Shown piece by piece: positions 10,963 to 22,252 of a stretch of 64,000 nt of DNA. The translations under genes and the position numbers were made by a program. The notes under the pieces are model-generated. The model searched no databases. It was given only the letters and a program-made list of their open reading frames with translations, and was not told the origin of the DNA. The stretch is from Rebecca billardiae RCC1528 (taxonomy: Eukaryota; Protista; Haptophyta): the NCBI GenBank assembly GCA_965240325.2, contig OZ251224.1, positions 2,914,001-2,978,000 on the forward strand, read 5' to 3'. Each line of letters opens with the position of its first letter. Position 1 is the stretch's first letter.

Positions 10963-13533
10963 TCAGGCCTCAACATCCTCCACGACCAACGCTTGCTGAT
11001 TGCGCATGGACGTGGACGTGGTGCCATGATTCCCGCGGCATGACGATGACCGCGCTGCTGGCGATGAGCGCGACGAATACCACCGCGAGAGCGTTCGCGC
11101 CGGCGGCGCGGCCGAGGCGGTGGTGGAGGATGGGGATGCCGACCGCGTCAGCTTCGACGCGAACGCCACCCGGCGGCTGTGACTGTGCGGGTCGATCGGG
11201 TAGATCGCGTCGTCCACGTCGTCATCGTCCGTGTCGTCGTCGTCGTCGTCGTCGTCGTGACGGGGGCGGCGCATGCCGCCGCGAGTGCCGTGCGCGTGCG
11301 CGGCAGCCAAGCGCTGACTCGGCAGCGTGGCCGCAAGCGCGAGCTGCCAGCGGCGGCCCAGGCCGAAGCGCACGCGCCAGTCCTGCACGTCGCTCGGGCT
11401 GAGCGGCGTGAGTGCCGACAGCAGCGTGTGCCAAAAGTCAGCGCGCGCCTTGGCGCGCCGCCGCGCGTCATGCGCGCAGCACAGGCAGAGGCAGCACGCG
11501 AGGAGCGAGAGCAGCAGGCAGCCGCTCAGCCGCGCGATCAGCCACGCCTCCGACTCCGTCAGGTGCACGGGCCCGGCCGGGCGCGGCGGCGGCGACGGCG
11601 CGGGCGGCGACGGCGGCGCCGGCGGCGCGGGCGGCGGCGGCGACGACGGCGGCGAGGCGGGCGCATAGGACGCGTAAGGCTCGGAGCCGTCGTGGGCCAT
11701 GAAGGCGAGGGCGAGCGCGCGGCTGGCGAGCGCCGGGATGCGCGCGCGCAGCAGCGCGTGCTCGAGCGGGGCGCCATCCACGGTGCTCGACGCGACCGGG
11801 GTTCCGATCAGCGCGCCGTCGCCGTCCGCCCACCGCGGCGGCGCCTGCACGACCGCGGCGGGCGCGACGCACCGCCACGCGCCCAGCGTGCCGCCGAGGG
11901 GCAGCAGCGCGCCAAGGCAGATGTGCACGCCAAAGCCGCTCAGCGCGTCCGTCGAGAAGGGCTCGGTGGGCGCGATGCCGCCGGCGCGCGACGAGGCGGC
12001 GAGCTCGAGGAGGACGCCGCCCTCCGCCGACGCGAGCGCCTGCGCCGACGCGCCGCCCCCGCGCTCGCGCAGCGCCGGCGCCTCGATGGCGACGGGCGTG
12101 GACAGCAGCGCGTCCTCAAACCGAAGGCGGAGCGACGACCACCGGCGCGGCCGCGTGGCGGCGCGCAGCTCGCTCGGCGCGGGCGGCGCGGCGACGCGGA
12201 GCGTCGAGGCGGCGAGCAGGCGCACGCTCGCCGAGTCGAGCGCGCTCGCGTTCAGCGGGGCCGTGCGCGCGAGCGCCTCTGGCACAAAGAGCGAGCCGAT
12301 GCCGTCGGGCTCGGCCGCACCCTCGAAGCGCACGCGGCCGAGGCTGGCGCGCGTGAGGGCGGCCGGGCCGGTCCCAACGAGCACGTCGGCGTGCACCGCG
12401 AGCTCGGCGCGCGCGGGCGCGGCGAGGGCGTCGCCCGCGCCCCCGCTGCCCGAGTCGAGCGCCTGCAGCAGCCCGGGCGGCGCGCGCGCGCGGATCTCCG
12501 CCGCGGCGCCGGCCGAGAGCTCAGCCAGCCGCACCGGCGCGTGCAGCCACACGCGCGCGCTGGCGGGCAGCACGCGCGCGGCGCTCGTGCGCGGGGGGCT
12601 CTGGAGCGTGCGCGCGGCGGCGGCGGCGGCGGCGGCGGCGATCGCGTCCGCGCGCTCGGACGAGCTGCCGCCCGCCGCAGCGTGCACCACCGAGCAGCGC
12701 GCCATCGCCGCGCCCCCGAGCGCGGCGAGCTCCGCAGCGCCCACGCACGTGCCGTCGTCGCACCGCACGACGCCGCGCTCGCCGCCGTGCACGAGCGCGT
12801 GCCCCGAGCCGTGGCCGCTGTCGTCCGCGATCGGGGAGCAGCCGTCGTGCGACGGGCACGGCTGCTCGACGGGCACGCACTGCCCGTCGGCGCACAGCCG
12901 CAGCGCCGCGCCGTCCAGCGCCGCGTCCGCGTGCCAGCTGCCGGTGGCGGCTGCCCAGCGCGCGTCGCTGCGACCGCCGGCCGGGGCGCGCCCCGAGGTG
13001 CAGAGCGCATGCGCGTCGACGAACGGGCACGGCGCGGCGAGCGGGAGGCAGCTGCCATCGACGCACCGCTTGGGGGCGTGCGCTGGGCAGCTCGGCAGCG
13101 CCGCACAGCCGCTGGGGGCGCAGCTGCCGTCGAAGCATCGCGCATCGGAGCACGTTGCGCCCGCCTGCAGCGCGAGCTGGGCAGAGCACTGCGCCGGCCG
13201 TGCTGCGCACAGACCGGCGCCCGCGCAGTCCACTTGCTCGGTCGCGTTGCTGCCGATTTGCACCCACGCCTCGCGCGAGCTCGCCGCGCACGCGCCCGCG
13301 AACGCGCGCGGCGGCGGTGGCGGCGGCGAGCGGCCGATGGACTCGACGTCGAGTGCGCAGTCGTCGCCCGCCCAGCCGGCATCGCACGTGCATGCGCCCG
13401 AGAGGCACGCGCCACGGCCGCTACAGTCCGCCGGGCACGTCGTCTGCGCCGTGGCGCAGACGAGCACCGCGGCTAGCCGGAGCCACAGCCGTTGCATGGC
13501 GGGCTGTCCTGTGCTGCCGGCCTGGGCAGCCAT
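10963..13533 (-). CDS. Single-pass surface protein with signal peptide, tenascin-type EGF domain, Cys-rich C.DG.C repeats, Pro-rich stalk and TM
   Basis: CPADCSGRGACLSGACTCDAGWAGDDC after the hydrophobic leader. Repeated CFDGSC/CVDGSC/CADGQC/CDDGTC. TM WLIARLSGCLLLSLLACCLCLCC. ATG at 13533 (alternative 13497). Confidence 0.75.
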   Translation of the reverse strand: MAAQAGSTGQPAMQRLWLRLAAVLVCATAQTTCPADCSGRGACLSGACTCDAGWAGDDCALDVESIGRSPPPPPPRAFAGACAASSREAWVQIGSNATEQVDCAGAGLCAARPAQCSAQLALQAGATCSDARCFDGSCAPSGCAALPSCPAHAPKRCVDGSCLPLAAPCPFVDAHALCTSGRAPAGGRSDARWAAATGSWHADAALDGAALRLCADGQCVPVEQPCPSHDGCSPIADDSGHGSGHALVHGGERGVVRCDDGTCVGAAELAALGGAAMARCSVVHAAAGGSSSERADAIAAAAAAAAARTLQSPPRTSAARVLPASARVWLHAPVRLAELSAGAAAEIRARAPPGLLQALDSGSGGAGDALAAPARAELAVHADVLVGTGPAALTRASLGRVRFEGAAEPDGIGSLFVPEALARTAPLNASALDSASVRLLAASTLRVAAPPAPSELRAATRPRRWSSLRLRFEDALLSTPVAIEAPALRERGGGASAQALASAEGGVLLELAASSRAGGIAPTEPFSTDALSGFGVHICLGALLPLGGTLGAWRCVAPAAVVQAPPRWADGDGALIGTPVASSTVDGAPLEHALLRARIPALASRALALAFMAHDGSEPYASYAPASPPSSPPPPAPPAPPSPPAPSPPPRPAGPVHLTESEAWLIARLSGCLLLSLLACCLCLCCAHDARRRAKARADFWHTLLSALTPLSPSDVQDWRVRFGLGRRWQLALAATLPSQRLAAAHAHGTRGGMRRPRHDDDDDDDDTDDDDVDDAIYPIDPHSHSRRVAFASKLTRSASPSSTTASAAPPARTLSRWYSSRSSPAARSSSCRGNHGTTSTSMRNQQALVVEDVEA

Positions 13534-13714
13534 CGTGGATTCGTGGTGAGCACCTCGTCGCATCAGCAGAGTCTTCTCATCGGCTCATCGCACTCGTGGA
13601 CGCACGTGCGGCGTGGCCGGCGGCCTTGCCGCGGACCACAGCGGCCAACGGCGAAGGGCGCACGACGTGCGCTTCCCGACAGCGGCGCTCACTGCGCCAG
13701 CGTGTGCGCGCTGG

Positions 13715-14980
13715 ATGCTGCTGCCGGCGACGCTGCTCGCGCTCGCGCTTGACGCTCGCGCGCACGGGAGCACGGCGCGCGCGCCCACCATGCGCCGTGG
13801 GCTCGCGCTCGCGACGGCCCCGCCGATGCCCTCGCCCGAGCGCTTCAGCGTGGCTCCCATGATGGACTACACCGATCGCCACTTCCGCTACTTCTTCCGC
13901 CTGCTCAGCCGGCGCGCAGTGCTCTACACCGAGATGGTCGTCGCGAACTCGATCGTGTACAACCCGGACAATGTCGAGCGCTGGCTCGGCTGCGTGGACG
14001 GTGCCGAGTTTGGCGCGCCGCGCGACGTGCTGCAGCTCGGTGGCTCGGCCGCCGAGCCGCTGAAGACCGCCTCCCGCCGCGCGCTCGAGTTCCCGTACTC
14101 GGCCGTCAACCTGAACTGCGGCTGTCCGAGCGAGCGCGTCGCGGGCTCGGGCGCGTTTGGGGCGTCGCTCATGCGCGAGCCCGAGCACGTCGCCTCCCTC
14201 TGCGCCGCGATGCTCGAGGGCACGCGCGGCGAGCTGCCCGTGACGGTGAAGTGCCGCATCGGCGTCGACGACGACGACTCGTACGAGGCGCTGCGCCGCT
14301 TCGTCGACGTCGTGTCGGGCGCGGGCGTGCAGCACTTTGTCGTGCACGCGCGCAAGGCGATCCTCAACATGCACCTCACGCCGCACCAGAATCGCAACGT
14401 GCCGCCGCTGCGGCCGGAGATGGTGTACGCGCTGGCCGACGAGTTCGAGCCGGCGCGCGTGCGCTTCACGCTGAACGGCGGCATCGTGAGCGTCGCGCAG
14501 GCGCGCGAGTGCCTCGAGCGCGCGCCGCGGCTCGCGGGCGTGATGGTCGGGCGCGACGTGACCAACCGGCCCTTCCACTGGGCGCACTCGGAGCGCGCGC
14601 TGTACGGCGGCGGGGCGGCGCACGCGGCGCCGACGCGCGGGGAGGTGCTCGCCGCGTACGCCGCGTACGCGCGGCGCGAGCTGCGCGAGCGCGGCGCGCG
14701 CGAGTCCGCGCTGATCAAGCCGCTGCACAACCTGTTCCACGGAGCGCCGGGCGCGCGCGGCTTCCGCCGCGCGCTCGCGCAGCTGACCGCGGAGCACGGC
14801 GCGGGCGCGGCCGTCGACGGCATCGAGGCGGCGGCCGAGGGCGCCGTGCCAATCGATGTGCTGAACGAGCCTGCCGATGAGCGCGCGCGCGATGCGCCCG
14901 AGAGAGACTACGCGGAGAGCGCGCGAGGGGCCAGCGCCCAGGATGCCGAGCCCGCCCTGATGCGCACAGGCCATCACTGA
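13715..14980 (+). CDS. dusA: tRNA-dihydrouridine synthase, DusA type, with N-terminal signal/transit-like leader
   Basis: FSVAPMMDYTDRHFRY, LYTEM, LQLGGS, NLNCGCPSERV..G.FGA.LM, VTVKCRIGVDD, VHARKAIL, NRNVPPL, NGGI, GVMVGR. Confidence 0.9.
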   Translation: MLLPATLLALALDARAHGSTARAPTMRRGLALATAPPMPSPERFSVAPMMDYTDRHFRYFFRLLSRRAVLYTEMVVANSIVYNPDNVERWLGCVDGAEFGAPRDVLQLGGSAAEPLKTASRRALEFPYSAVNLNCGCPSERVAGSGAFGASLMREPEHVASLCAAMLEGTRGELPVTVKCRIGVDDDDSYEALRRFVDVVSGAGVQHFVVHARKAILNMHLTPHQNRNVPPLRPEMVYALADEFEPARVRFTLNGGIVSVAQARECLERAPRLAGVMVGRDVTNRPFHWAHSERALYGGGAAHAAPTRGEVLAAYAAYARRELRERGARESALIKPLHNLFHGAPGARGFRRALAQLTAEHGAGAAVDGIEAAAEGAVPIDVLNEPADERARDAPERDYAESARGASAQDAEPALMRTGHH

Positions 14981-15370
14981 GTGTGTATTGTCGTCACTGT
15001 GTAACTAGTACTGTAGCATAGCTAGTATCATACTACCTATAAAAGGGCCGAGCCACGATAACTGTCATGTTACCGGTTACCCAGATCGCGCGGACAGTTT
15101 AAAAACCCATCGTTTTGGTCAAAAATGGGCGCAAAGTCTGGTCTTTCTGCCGGCGGATCGCGTGATGGCAGAGGAGCACTGCTGACTGCAGCTGCGCCTT
15201 CTCGGTTCTCCCCCGGGCGACCCGGCGCCAGCGGCGCGGCCGCGCGGCGCGCGCGCGGCTGCGACTCGGCGCTCGCGCTCGACCCGTTACCCGTACGACG
15301 GCCGCACCGGACTCGCTGCGCCCCTTGGCTCGCTTGCCCACAGAGCGCCGCGCGGACCTGGCATGCGTGC

Positions 15371-15562
15371 CGCGGCCCACGCCCGAGGTGCCAATCTCAA
15401 ATTTGTGCGACATTCAGGGCGGCGAGGTCGGCACCGTCGACGAGTAGGATGGGTTCTTGACCTCCGCACGTCCCACGGCCACGCGGAAGTCAAGAGCGCG
15501 TCGGAGCGGCCGGGGACCGCGACCTCGTCGCTGTGAATGTCGCACAAATTCGCGTGGGCCGT
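15371..15562. repeat. Imperfect foldback (long hairpin)
   Basis: 15400-15430 is inverted to 15520-15550 (28/31). Inner arm TCTTGACCTCCGC pairs with GCGGAAGTCAAGA. Outer arm CGGCCCACGC pairs with GCGTGGGCCG. Confidence 0.7.
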
Positions 15563-15698
15563 GGCCGACGTCGTCGCACGATGGCGGCTGCCTGACAGTT
15601 ATAGTGAAATGACCCTTTACTATACTGAGTCTGATGTCGTAGTATACATAAAGTAAAGTAAGCTACCGTAGCTACATTCTACAGTTGACACATGAGTA

Positions 15699-16303
15699 TG
15701 GAGCGCTCGTTGGAACTTGGCGGGGCTTGGAACTTGACACCGCATTTCCCAGCGAAGTGCCCCATCTCGTCGGGGCTGGCACGGTCGGCACACGCTCCTG
15801 AGCGCTCGCTTTGCGGTGCGGCAGGCCTTGGGCAGCCCAGACAGACATGCCGCGACCGAATTACCGGGCCATGCGCGCACCACACCCGCGCTACATGGCC
15901 TACGCGCTGGACGACTGAGAGGCAACGCCGAACCACTGCATTCCACTGCCCGGCATGCACCCCGAGTCACCTTCAGAGGGCGTCGACGAGCGCAGAGCGG
16001 GTGCGTGGGAGTTCGACCAACTCGTGTACCTTCTTGCAAGCACCAGCGGCGAGGTCGCAAGCCGAACCTTGACCAGCCGTGGAACTTGAGCTGGTCGGCA
16101 GCAAAACCACCGTTCAACCCGGATCAAGTTAGCAGCGTGCGAGGAGGAGGCGCGGTGCGCGTCCGCGGCTGGCGAGAGGCGTCCGGACCGTGCCGTTCTC
16201 GGCCGCGCCCGCGCGCTTCCCGCCGCCGCGGGCCCCGTGTACGCCCGTCGTCGCCCTCGCCGCGCGGGCGCCAAACCGGCGTCAAGTTCCAACGAGCGCT
16301 CCA
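15699..16303. mobile_element. MITE with 21-bp TIRs and TA target duplication (Tc1/mariner-type)
   Basis: TA|TGGAGCGCTCGTTGGAACTTG (15697-15719) is the perfect reverse complement of CAAGTTCCAACGAGCGCTCCA|TA (16283-16305). Extra internal GGAACTTG motifs. No transposase inside. Confidence 0.75.
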
Positions 16304-16323
16304 TATATATATAAACAAAATGC

Positions 16324-17724
16324 ATGCGTAAGACGACGACGACGATGGCGGCGCCAAGCACAAGTGGCTGGTCGGCCTCCCTCACGTTCGTCCTTCTTGC
16401 GGCTGCGTACGTCGGGCGCTCTGATGGCAGTGGGTGCACGGTGGATCTTTCCACCGCCACGTCGGCCCCACCCGTGCGCTCGGCGATGGCACGTGTGCTG
16501 GCGAACGGCAACACATCGGTCCGCGAGGCGTTTGTGTGGGCACACCACGCGCCCCTTCCGGTCGGCGCGCCCTGCCCGCTAGTTGCAGCCGTGGTGCCGG
16601 GCCTGGCGCGCGTGTGCAACTACACAGCTCTCACCCGCCACTTTGTCGCGCCATGCGTGCAGGGCATCGCGACCCTCACTGTCGTACTCCAGGACTATGG
16701 CGACGATGGCCTGTTCGAGGCGTGCGCGGCGACGTTCCGGACCGCCGTGCAGGGCACGCAGTGCAGCCTGCTCCTCGTGCGCCAGTGGTTCATCCAGACA
16801 TCGGCCGAGCCGTTCTGCGCTGCCGAGCTGGCGGCCGCGCGTCGCCCCCTGAGGCTGGAGGCGCGCAAGTACACGGCCAAGCGCTTTGGTCGCGTGTTCG
16901 TGCAGACACTCGCGGTCGGCCGAGCATGGGAGTGGGCACGGGCCTTCCACCCGTCGGCCGCGGCGTACGCACGGGTGCGGCTCGATAGCCTCTGGGGCGC
17001 ATGGACCAGCCCAAGCGCGCGTGCGCCCGATCTGCTCATCACAGACTCGAACACGTACGCCGAGGACTCCGACGACGGCGCGCGCTTTGCGGGCGACATG
17101 TACGCCTTCATGGACGCGCGCTCGGGTGCGGCGTACTTCGAGGCGTGGCGCGGGTGGAAGGCGGTGCGCTGCACGTCGGTGTGCGGCGCCGGCAGCGCGA
17201 CGAGCGCGTGCTACTTCTACCTGATCGCGCAGCGCTGCACCGGCGAGACCGCGCTCACGGCGCGGCTGTGCGAGACGCTGGGCGGATCGAACGCGTCGCA
17301 GGTAGCCGCGCCCGCGGGCAGCCCGCCGCCCGTGCGGCCGCGTTGGCGCCGGGCGGATCGGACGCCGTTCCCGTACCTCTTCGCGGTCAACGCGACGCAC
17401 GTCCGCTACCGCCACTCGAAGGCGATCAGCCCCGAAGCAGCCGTCGCGCTGCTGGACGCGCGGCGCAAGGCCGTGTGGGGTCGGGCCGACGACACGTGCG
17501 TGCCGTGCTGGCTGCCCGGTCCCAGACACATCTCCGGCCTGCAGCCAGAGATCAAGCCGAGGCTCACCAGGGAGGTGCTGGATTCGCAGTGCGCGCAGGG
17601 TGATTTCATACGTCGGCAGTGCCTTTTTGAGGCGCAGCACAGGGACCATCATGCCCGCGTCCAGCTGGCGGCCGCTGCGGCCCACAGGTCCGGTGATGCG
17701 CTCGGCGCTGCCGAGGCGGCTTAG
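16324..17724 (+). CDS. Secreted or signal-anchored Cys-containing hypothetical protein, possibly glycosyltransferase-like
   Basis: 466-aa ORF with coding-like bias, hydrophobic leader LTFVLLAAAYVG, and a YARVRLD...GDMYAF segment reminiscent of R.RxD...ND.FA GT-like proteins. Confidence 0.6.
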   Translation: MRKTTTTMAAPSTSGWSASLTFVLLAAAYVGRSDGSGCTVDLSTATSAPPVRSAMARVLANGNTSVREAFVWAHHAPLPVGAPCPLVAAVVPGLARVCNYTALTRHFVAPCVQGIATLTVVLQDYGDDGLFEACAATFRTAVQGTQCSLLLVRQWFIQTSAEPFCAAELAAARRPLRLEARKYTAKRFGRVFVQTLAVGRAWEWARAFHPSAAAYARVRLDSLWGAWTSPSARAPDLLITDSNTYAEDSDDGARFAGDMYAFMDARSGAAYFEAWRGWKAVRCTSVCGAGSATSACYFYLIAQRCTGETALTARLCETLGGSNASQVAAPAGSPPPVRPRWRRADRTPFPYLFAVNATHVRYRHSKAISPEAAVALLDARRKAVWGRADDTCVPCWLPGPRHISGLQPEIKPRLTREVLDSQCAQGDFIRRQCLFEAQHRDHHARVQLAAAAAHRSGDALGAAEAA

Positions 17725-20117
17725 CGACTAGCTAAGCGAGCGGCGTCGACGATGTATCATCATATCATACGTTCGTGCGCATCTTTCAAGCCTGCACTGC
17801 CTTCTATGAGTTGGGCCACGTGGCAGCTGACGCCGACGGTCCGACGGCGCCGGCGCCCGAGAGTCCGCGAGACCGTGGCGATATTGACACCCCACAAGTA
17901 CATACAACAGTGTCGTTAACAGTGTAGGCACGTGGACAGGTCCATCGGGGTTGATGAAGACAGTCTGAATAAGAACGAAAACTGTAAACTCCTCGGAATT
18001 CGACGCTCGCGCGTCGACTCGTCGTCGGCGACCGTTGACAGTTGTAGATTGAAGATCCCAGTACTGGTTCGGTATGAATCTCGACCCGGGAATGAATATG
18101 AGGGTAATAAAAGGGCTTGTCCGTTGTGAGCAAGTCCGGGTGGCGGATCGATCCGTGGTCAAATTCGCGGCGGCCAGCGCTGGCTCAGCGGCTACTAGGG
18201 CATGCTGGTGGACTCTTTTGGCTGTCCGGAAGGGCTTGGGCAGGACTTTTACTTATTGGGCTATCTTTTGGCTCACATAGGACTTCAGACTGCCATCTTT
18301 TGGCTCAGCCAATGGTTTGCACGAGTTGGCGGAGGCCTTGCGGCGACAACGCCCTTGGCCCTCGTTGACTCCCCTCCTCCGGCCCTCGCACTTGGTCGCT
18401 GACGATGGCGCCCGGCGAGGGGTTCAAACACCCTGAGACCGCGCGTGGGGAGCGACCTCAAGGCGCGTTTGGCAACGCACGATCGACGCTAAACGCCGTG
18501 GCATCGCGTGCATGACTCCCACTGGCACATATACGCGTGTCGGCAGGGGACGCGCCTGACCACCCACGTGGCGTCTGATTGCTAAGTCGAAGCAGTCCAT
18601 GCGCAACAAGCTCTTGTCAGCGCCGGCGTTGGCGCTGCTCACGTTGCTGACTTCGGTGCTAGCGCCGCCGACCTTCGGTGGACGCGGCCGTATCTCGCGA
18701 TGCCATGCCGGCCGCGGCCGATGCGGGGCGCCGTGGCGTTGCCCTTCGCCGACGACGTGACGCACACGCGCGCGCCCGTGACACCGACGCCGCCTGTGCG
18801 CGCGGCCCTCGGCGGCCGCCGCTGCCGTTAGCGGGCGGCGACGCGGGTGATGGGTAGACGCGCACTACAGTCTCAGCTGCGAGCGCACGCCCTCTGTGGC
18901 GCCGGCAGTGCCGAATGCGCCGCCCGCCGCCGCGCCGCACAGCGCGCCGCCCGCCGTTGCGTGCCTAGCAGCGGCGGCCGCGCTCGCGCGCGCCGACAGC
19001 CGCGGCGCTGCGCAGCTTGTCGCGGCGGCGCTGGGCGCATGGCTGAGAGGCGCGATCAGCAGCAGATATGCGAGAGGAAGCACACCGTGGAGCGAGGGAC
19101 CATGCGCGTGCGTCCGCGCTCGCGAAGCCGGCCCCTGCTGCACGGTAGGTGAGTGCGAGATCGTGGTCGGCCCAGAGCTTCAGCAGCTTGGGCTCCGGGC
19201 GGTACCGGGGACGAGGCGCTAAAGCTGCTCGGGGGCGGCCCTGCGATCGCCAACGTCGCGGACGCTCTTGCCGCCGTGATGCGTGCCACTTGGCGCGTGA
19301 GGCGGCTGAGGAAGGCACATGGGTGCACCGCAGCAGCCCTCCAGTGTCTCTGAGTGCCGCAGAGGCTGGACGACACCCTCACTGAGTCACTCGGCCGCTC
19401 AGTCACTCGCACACGCGCGCGCATTTGCATCGGGAGTCGCATACAGGCCGCGGCACCGGTCCACCGCACCTGCACTCGCGCGCCCCGTCGTCAGGCCAGC
19501 CCTCCTTGCTCTCGCGGCGCTGAGTCCTTTGTGACAGCGACCCACCCAGTGGCACGTGCTGTTGGCAGCCGTGCGCTGTGCCGTGTGCGTATGCAATAGC
19601 CATCCGCTGACTGACACACGCTTTCGTGCGCATCGGCCGAGGCGACTGTTCGCCCGCATTCCGCCGCCTCCTCTCGTCTGTCGCGTGACCACCTGCACAG
19701 CTCCACTTCAGCTCGCACGTGTGCGGAGGCTGCTGATGGGCGGAGTGCCGCCCACTTGCGCGATGGCCGCTGACTGGCCTGAGACGCGCCCCGCACTCGA
19801 GCGCTCCTCTTGCTCAGCAGCAGTGGTCGATGAGTGAATCAGCCAGCTGCCCATTGAATGCATCGGCCTGTGGTTGTGACGGCAGGGCGTGTGCGCACCG
19901 CTACCGCCTCACTGAGCCCAGGTCTGACGGCGTGCGCTTTGCCTGCGGAGGCGGGAGGGGTCGCTGTCATCGCCTGTCATGAGGGCTGCAGAGACGAGCA
20001 GGCGTGACCGATTCAGCCACAGTCGACTGATGGCACGTCTGTAGCCGAGGCCTGACGTCCCTGGCCGAGCGCCCAGCTGTATCAGACTGACCGCCACTAT
20101 CACCAACTACGATGATC

Positions 20118-20202
20118 CTGCTGTTCCTCCCTCTCTTCTTCCCCCTCTCTTCTCCCTCCTTCCTGCTCCTCCTCTCTCCTTTTTTCTCCCCTCTCCTTTT
20201 TC
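20118..20202 (+). repeat. Polypyrimidine (CT-rich) low-complexity tract
   Basis: About 85 nt that are almost exclusively C and T. Confidence 0.8.
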
Positions 20203-20333
20203 TGGCGCGAGTTTACAATAACTCCACCAGCATGGACAATTTGCCGGCTCAGCCGCCTCCGCGCTTTGACTTAGAGGTGGCCAGCGTCGCCCGGGGTCCC
20301 CACCTGCTTTGATCGCACCGCCGCGCGTCCGCC

Positions 20334-20672
20334 ATGTTCCCGATGAACATCGAGAAGAGCACAGGCGGATCGCCCTACCTGAGCGAGTCTCCGGACGACT
20401 CGAAGATGACCGACACCTATTACATCTGGGGCAACAAGGGGTCTGGCCTGTCCATCGGCGTCCGGTACGACGTGGACTACGCCGAGGCGCACGAGCTCGA
20501 CGAGAAGACGTCCATGCCGCACTTCTTGGACGGAGACGTGTTCAGCGGCGGGAACGCCTTCATGCAGACCTTCGGTCAGCCAGTGCCTCTCGTCGAGGCG
20601 TTCGCCGAGAGCGACACGGGCGTCGAGCCGTGCAACAGCCCCCACATGTCGGGCGCTAGCCACTGCCACTAA
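20334..20672 (+). CDS. Small acidic hypothetical protein (112 aa) or isolated 3' gene fragment
   Basis: GCCATG start, in-frame TGA upstream at 20310, strong C/G third-position bias, and a balanced amino-acid composition unlike shadow ORFs. Confidence 0.5.
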   Translation: MFPMNIEKSTGGSPYLSESPDDSKMTDTYYIWGNKGSGLSIGVRYDVDYAEAHELDEKTSMPHFLDGDVFSGGNAFMQTFGQPVPLVEAFAESDTGVEPCNSPHMSGASHCH

Positions 20673-22252
20673 ATATTCACCTCAAGCTCATCACCAGCGG
20701 CACTTACGGGCTGGCGTCGGGGTGGCGCGCGTGGTGTGCGGTCGGCGAGAGGTGTGCGGCTCGTTCGGGTCTTTCCTGGAACGGCGCGGGCAGAAACAAG
20801 TGCCGGGGGGGGGGGCACGTGCGCGCATCGACGACTTCTGGCTTTGATGTGCTGCTGGCCTTCATCGTCATGCACTACGTGCGCTTCTTTGTTGCACAGC
20901 TGGCGTGCAGGCGCTTATCGCTCGTACCCGGACCACCGCGTGGACGCATGTCGTTGAGAGCTGACGTGGCAGGTGGTGACCACTGACTGTGGGGCTCGGC
21001 TGATGGCGGCTACTGTTGCAAGCGGCGCAGTCGCGGCTCCGCGGCCGAGTGCCCGCCGACCGCAGTTGTGACGGAACTTTTCCGGTCTAGCCTATAGTTC
21101 GGCTCAACTTATATCTGTCTCTGACTCACTGATGAAGCCTACTATCGTCCGGTGGATTTGCATTGGCACACCTGGCTCTCCCAGGCTCAGTTCACAGCCA
21201 CAGGCGCGGACGGCGCGGAGTACCTGTTCCTGTAGCGGGCTGTAGGCTGTACTGTACCGTAGTCCGCGTGACACTCTTCATCTCATCGCGGCAGCCGGGA
21301 CGGAGTGCCGAGTGGAGCCTACTTCAGATACCCTGAGACTCCGCCTTGTAATAACAGCCCGTGTCAGTGACAGTGTGAGTGTGACACGGTCCCTACTTAT
21401 CTGTTGTCTTATATATATGGCCACCCCGGCCCCGCTGTCCCCGGCCGATTTCTGCGGGCGGGGCTGCTCTCAGTGACTTGCCGTTGCGTCTTGCAGCGGC
21501 GTGCTGCATCCGAAGATCGGCTCGGTTACTATAGCTCTACCAGGGCGGCCCAAGCCCAAGCCCAAGGCGCTCCGCAATGATGTATGACCTGGGACTGATC
21601 GGTGATATCCGGAGGCGGGAGCCGGCGGGGCCGGGGAGGGCGGCGGGGTCACTGACGATGACTCACCGATTATTTACCGGACTCAGCCCCGTCGGAGCGG
21701 GCCCGTAGCTATAGGGCCCGTAGGCGTAGCGGGGCTGCCTAGGCTCATTCAGCAACTACGGATTCAACCGACTACGTCACTCACGTCAGTACACGGACAG
21801 CGGCGGTTCCGTGCCCGTGCGGGCCGCATGGGCCCTTGGCCGCCTTGCCGCCACGGGGCCGATGATGTCTGCCACTCTGCCATCGCCTCATCAGGGCATC
21901 GCGGGTTATTATAAATAGAACGGTCCGTCCGCGCGAACATTGTTTATTGGTAGTTACATTACAAGTGCCCGTAGTCCTGTCAGGTAGTTCAAACAGGGGC
22001 CAGGGCCGTCCGACGTTCGACGTTGAACCATCGTGACCGTGAGGTCGGCCCGCCGCTGGTGAAAGCATCGCCACGGCGCAGCACACGCGCAAACGTAGCC
22101 ATACCTCCCGCTCCCTGCGGCGCGACATGCCACTCGAAGATCGAACTCAAACGCGCATCATCGTCAATCGACAATGTCCAAAGTTCTTCCAGGTGCCTGC
22201 CCGCTGCCGGCTGAAGCCTCGGCCGGACGCAACAAGCCAGGGGCGGTGTCAA

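Noticed and set aside
18180-18310. Repeated TTTTGGCT motifs
   Set aside because: Short, irregularly spaced, and no bounding element was found.
18424-19850. Possible gene among many short ORFs
   Set aside because: No consistent frame, motif or splice model could be built.
20112-20312. Hydrophobic 66-aa ORF
   Set aside because: Its L/F/S/P content simply reflects the CT tract.
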